From assembly GCA_907165135.1 (NCBI GenBank), contig OU015568.1:558001-622000 (forward strand): 64,000 nt of DNA, in the 5' to 3' direction. A program made the position numbers and the translations under genes. The notes beneath the pieces were generated by a model, which saw only the letters and a program-made list of their open reading frames with translations, was not told the origin of the DNA and made no database searches. Origin of the DNA: Oikopleura dioica. Lineage: Eukaryota; Animalia; Chordata. Shown here piece by piece: positions 63,659-64,000 of the stretch. Numbering within the stretch: position 1 is the first letter of the stretch; each line of letters opens with the position of its first letter.

Positions 63659-64000
63659 ATGTCACATGTTCTGCTACTTCCGAATGCGCTCAATTTTTCG
63701 CGACGTGTGAAAATATTTCGGACGGTACTGGAAATTGCCAATGTGCAAGTATCGCTTCGTTTGAGCTTGTGGAAGTTGATCCTCCTCAAGACATAGGAGG
63801 AACTCTCTACAGTCATGTCTGCAAGCAGCTTTCTCGTAAGTTCAAAACGCTTTTTCGACTTTATATTTTGATGATCTTAGCTTGCGAAAAGCTACAAATC
63901 GAGCAAGGCGAATGCCCCCTGCATTCTAATTGTAAACAAAGACAAACTGAAAGTGGCCAGATGGACGCGTTTTGCGAGTGTCATCCAGAGTTTGTTCCCT
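63659..64000 (+). CDS. EGF-like repeat protein (partial; runs off the window)
   Basis: TCSATSECAQFFATCENISDGTGNCQC, a GT-AG intron, then CEK..CPLHSNC..FCECHPEF. Confidence 0.7.

Overview
Compact, intron-rich animal genomic DNA (short introns of about 40-60 bp, dense genes, many MITEs). The style is most consistent with a larvacean tunicate such as Oikopleura, but that is an inference. Left third: the 3' end of a cryptochrome/(6-4) photolyase gene, a TSP1+CAP secreted gene, and a tandem array of four kringle-serine-protease genes. Copies 1 and 3 have intact catalytic motifs; copies 2 and 4 are pseudo-proteases. Three of the four copies show hAT-type transposon damage. Copy 1 has a 438-bp MITE inside a coding exon that could be spliced out as a non-canonical intron. 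Copy 2 has a palindromic 14-bp excision-footprint-like frameshift. Copy 3 has a 7.4-kb TIR element in an intron, which itself holds a 56-bp double-hairpin array, two outward-facing tRNA-like modules and a young non-autonomous LTR element with strong strand-specific GAGC enrichment. Middle: claudin-like gene, trypsin, Cys-rich secreted protein, DeSI/PPPDE peptidase, TRPM-like channel, atypical Smad. Right: secreted and mucin-like genes, a TIL protein with TGA at a conserved Cys, a carbohydrate sulfotransferase, an Lhx2/9-like LIM-homeobox gene, a class A GPCR, a ZP protein with a ~130-Thr tract, an oikosin-like secreted gene and a partial EGF gene. Gene models were spliced by eye, so boundaries are approximate.
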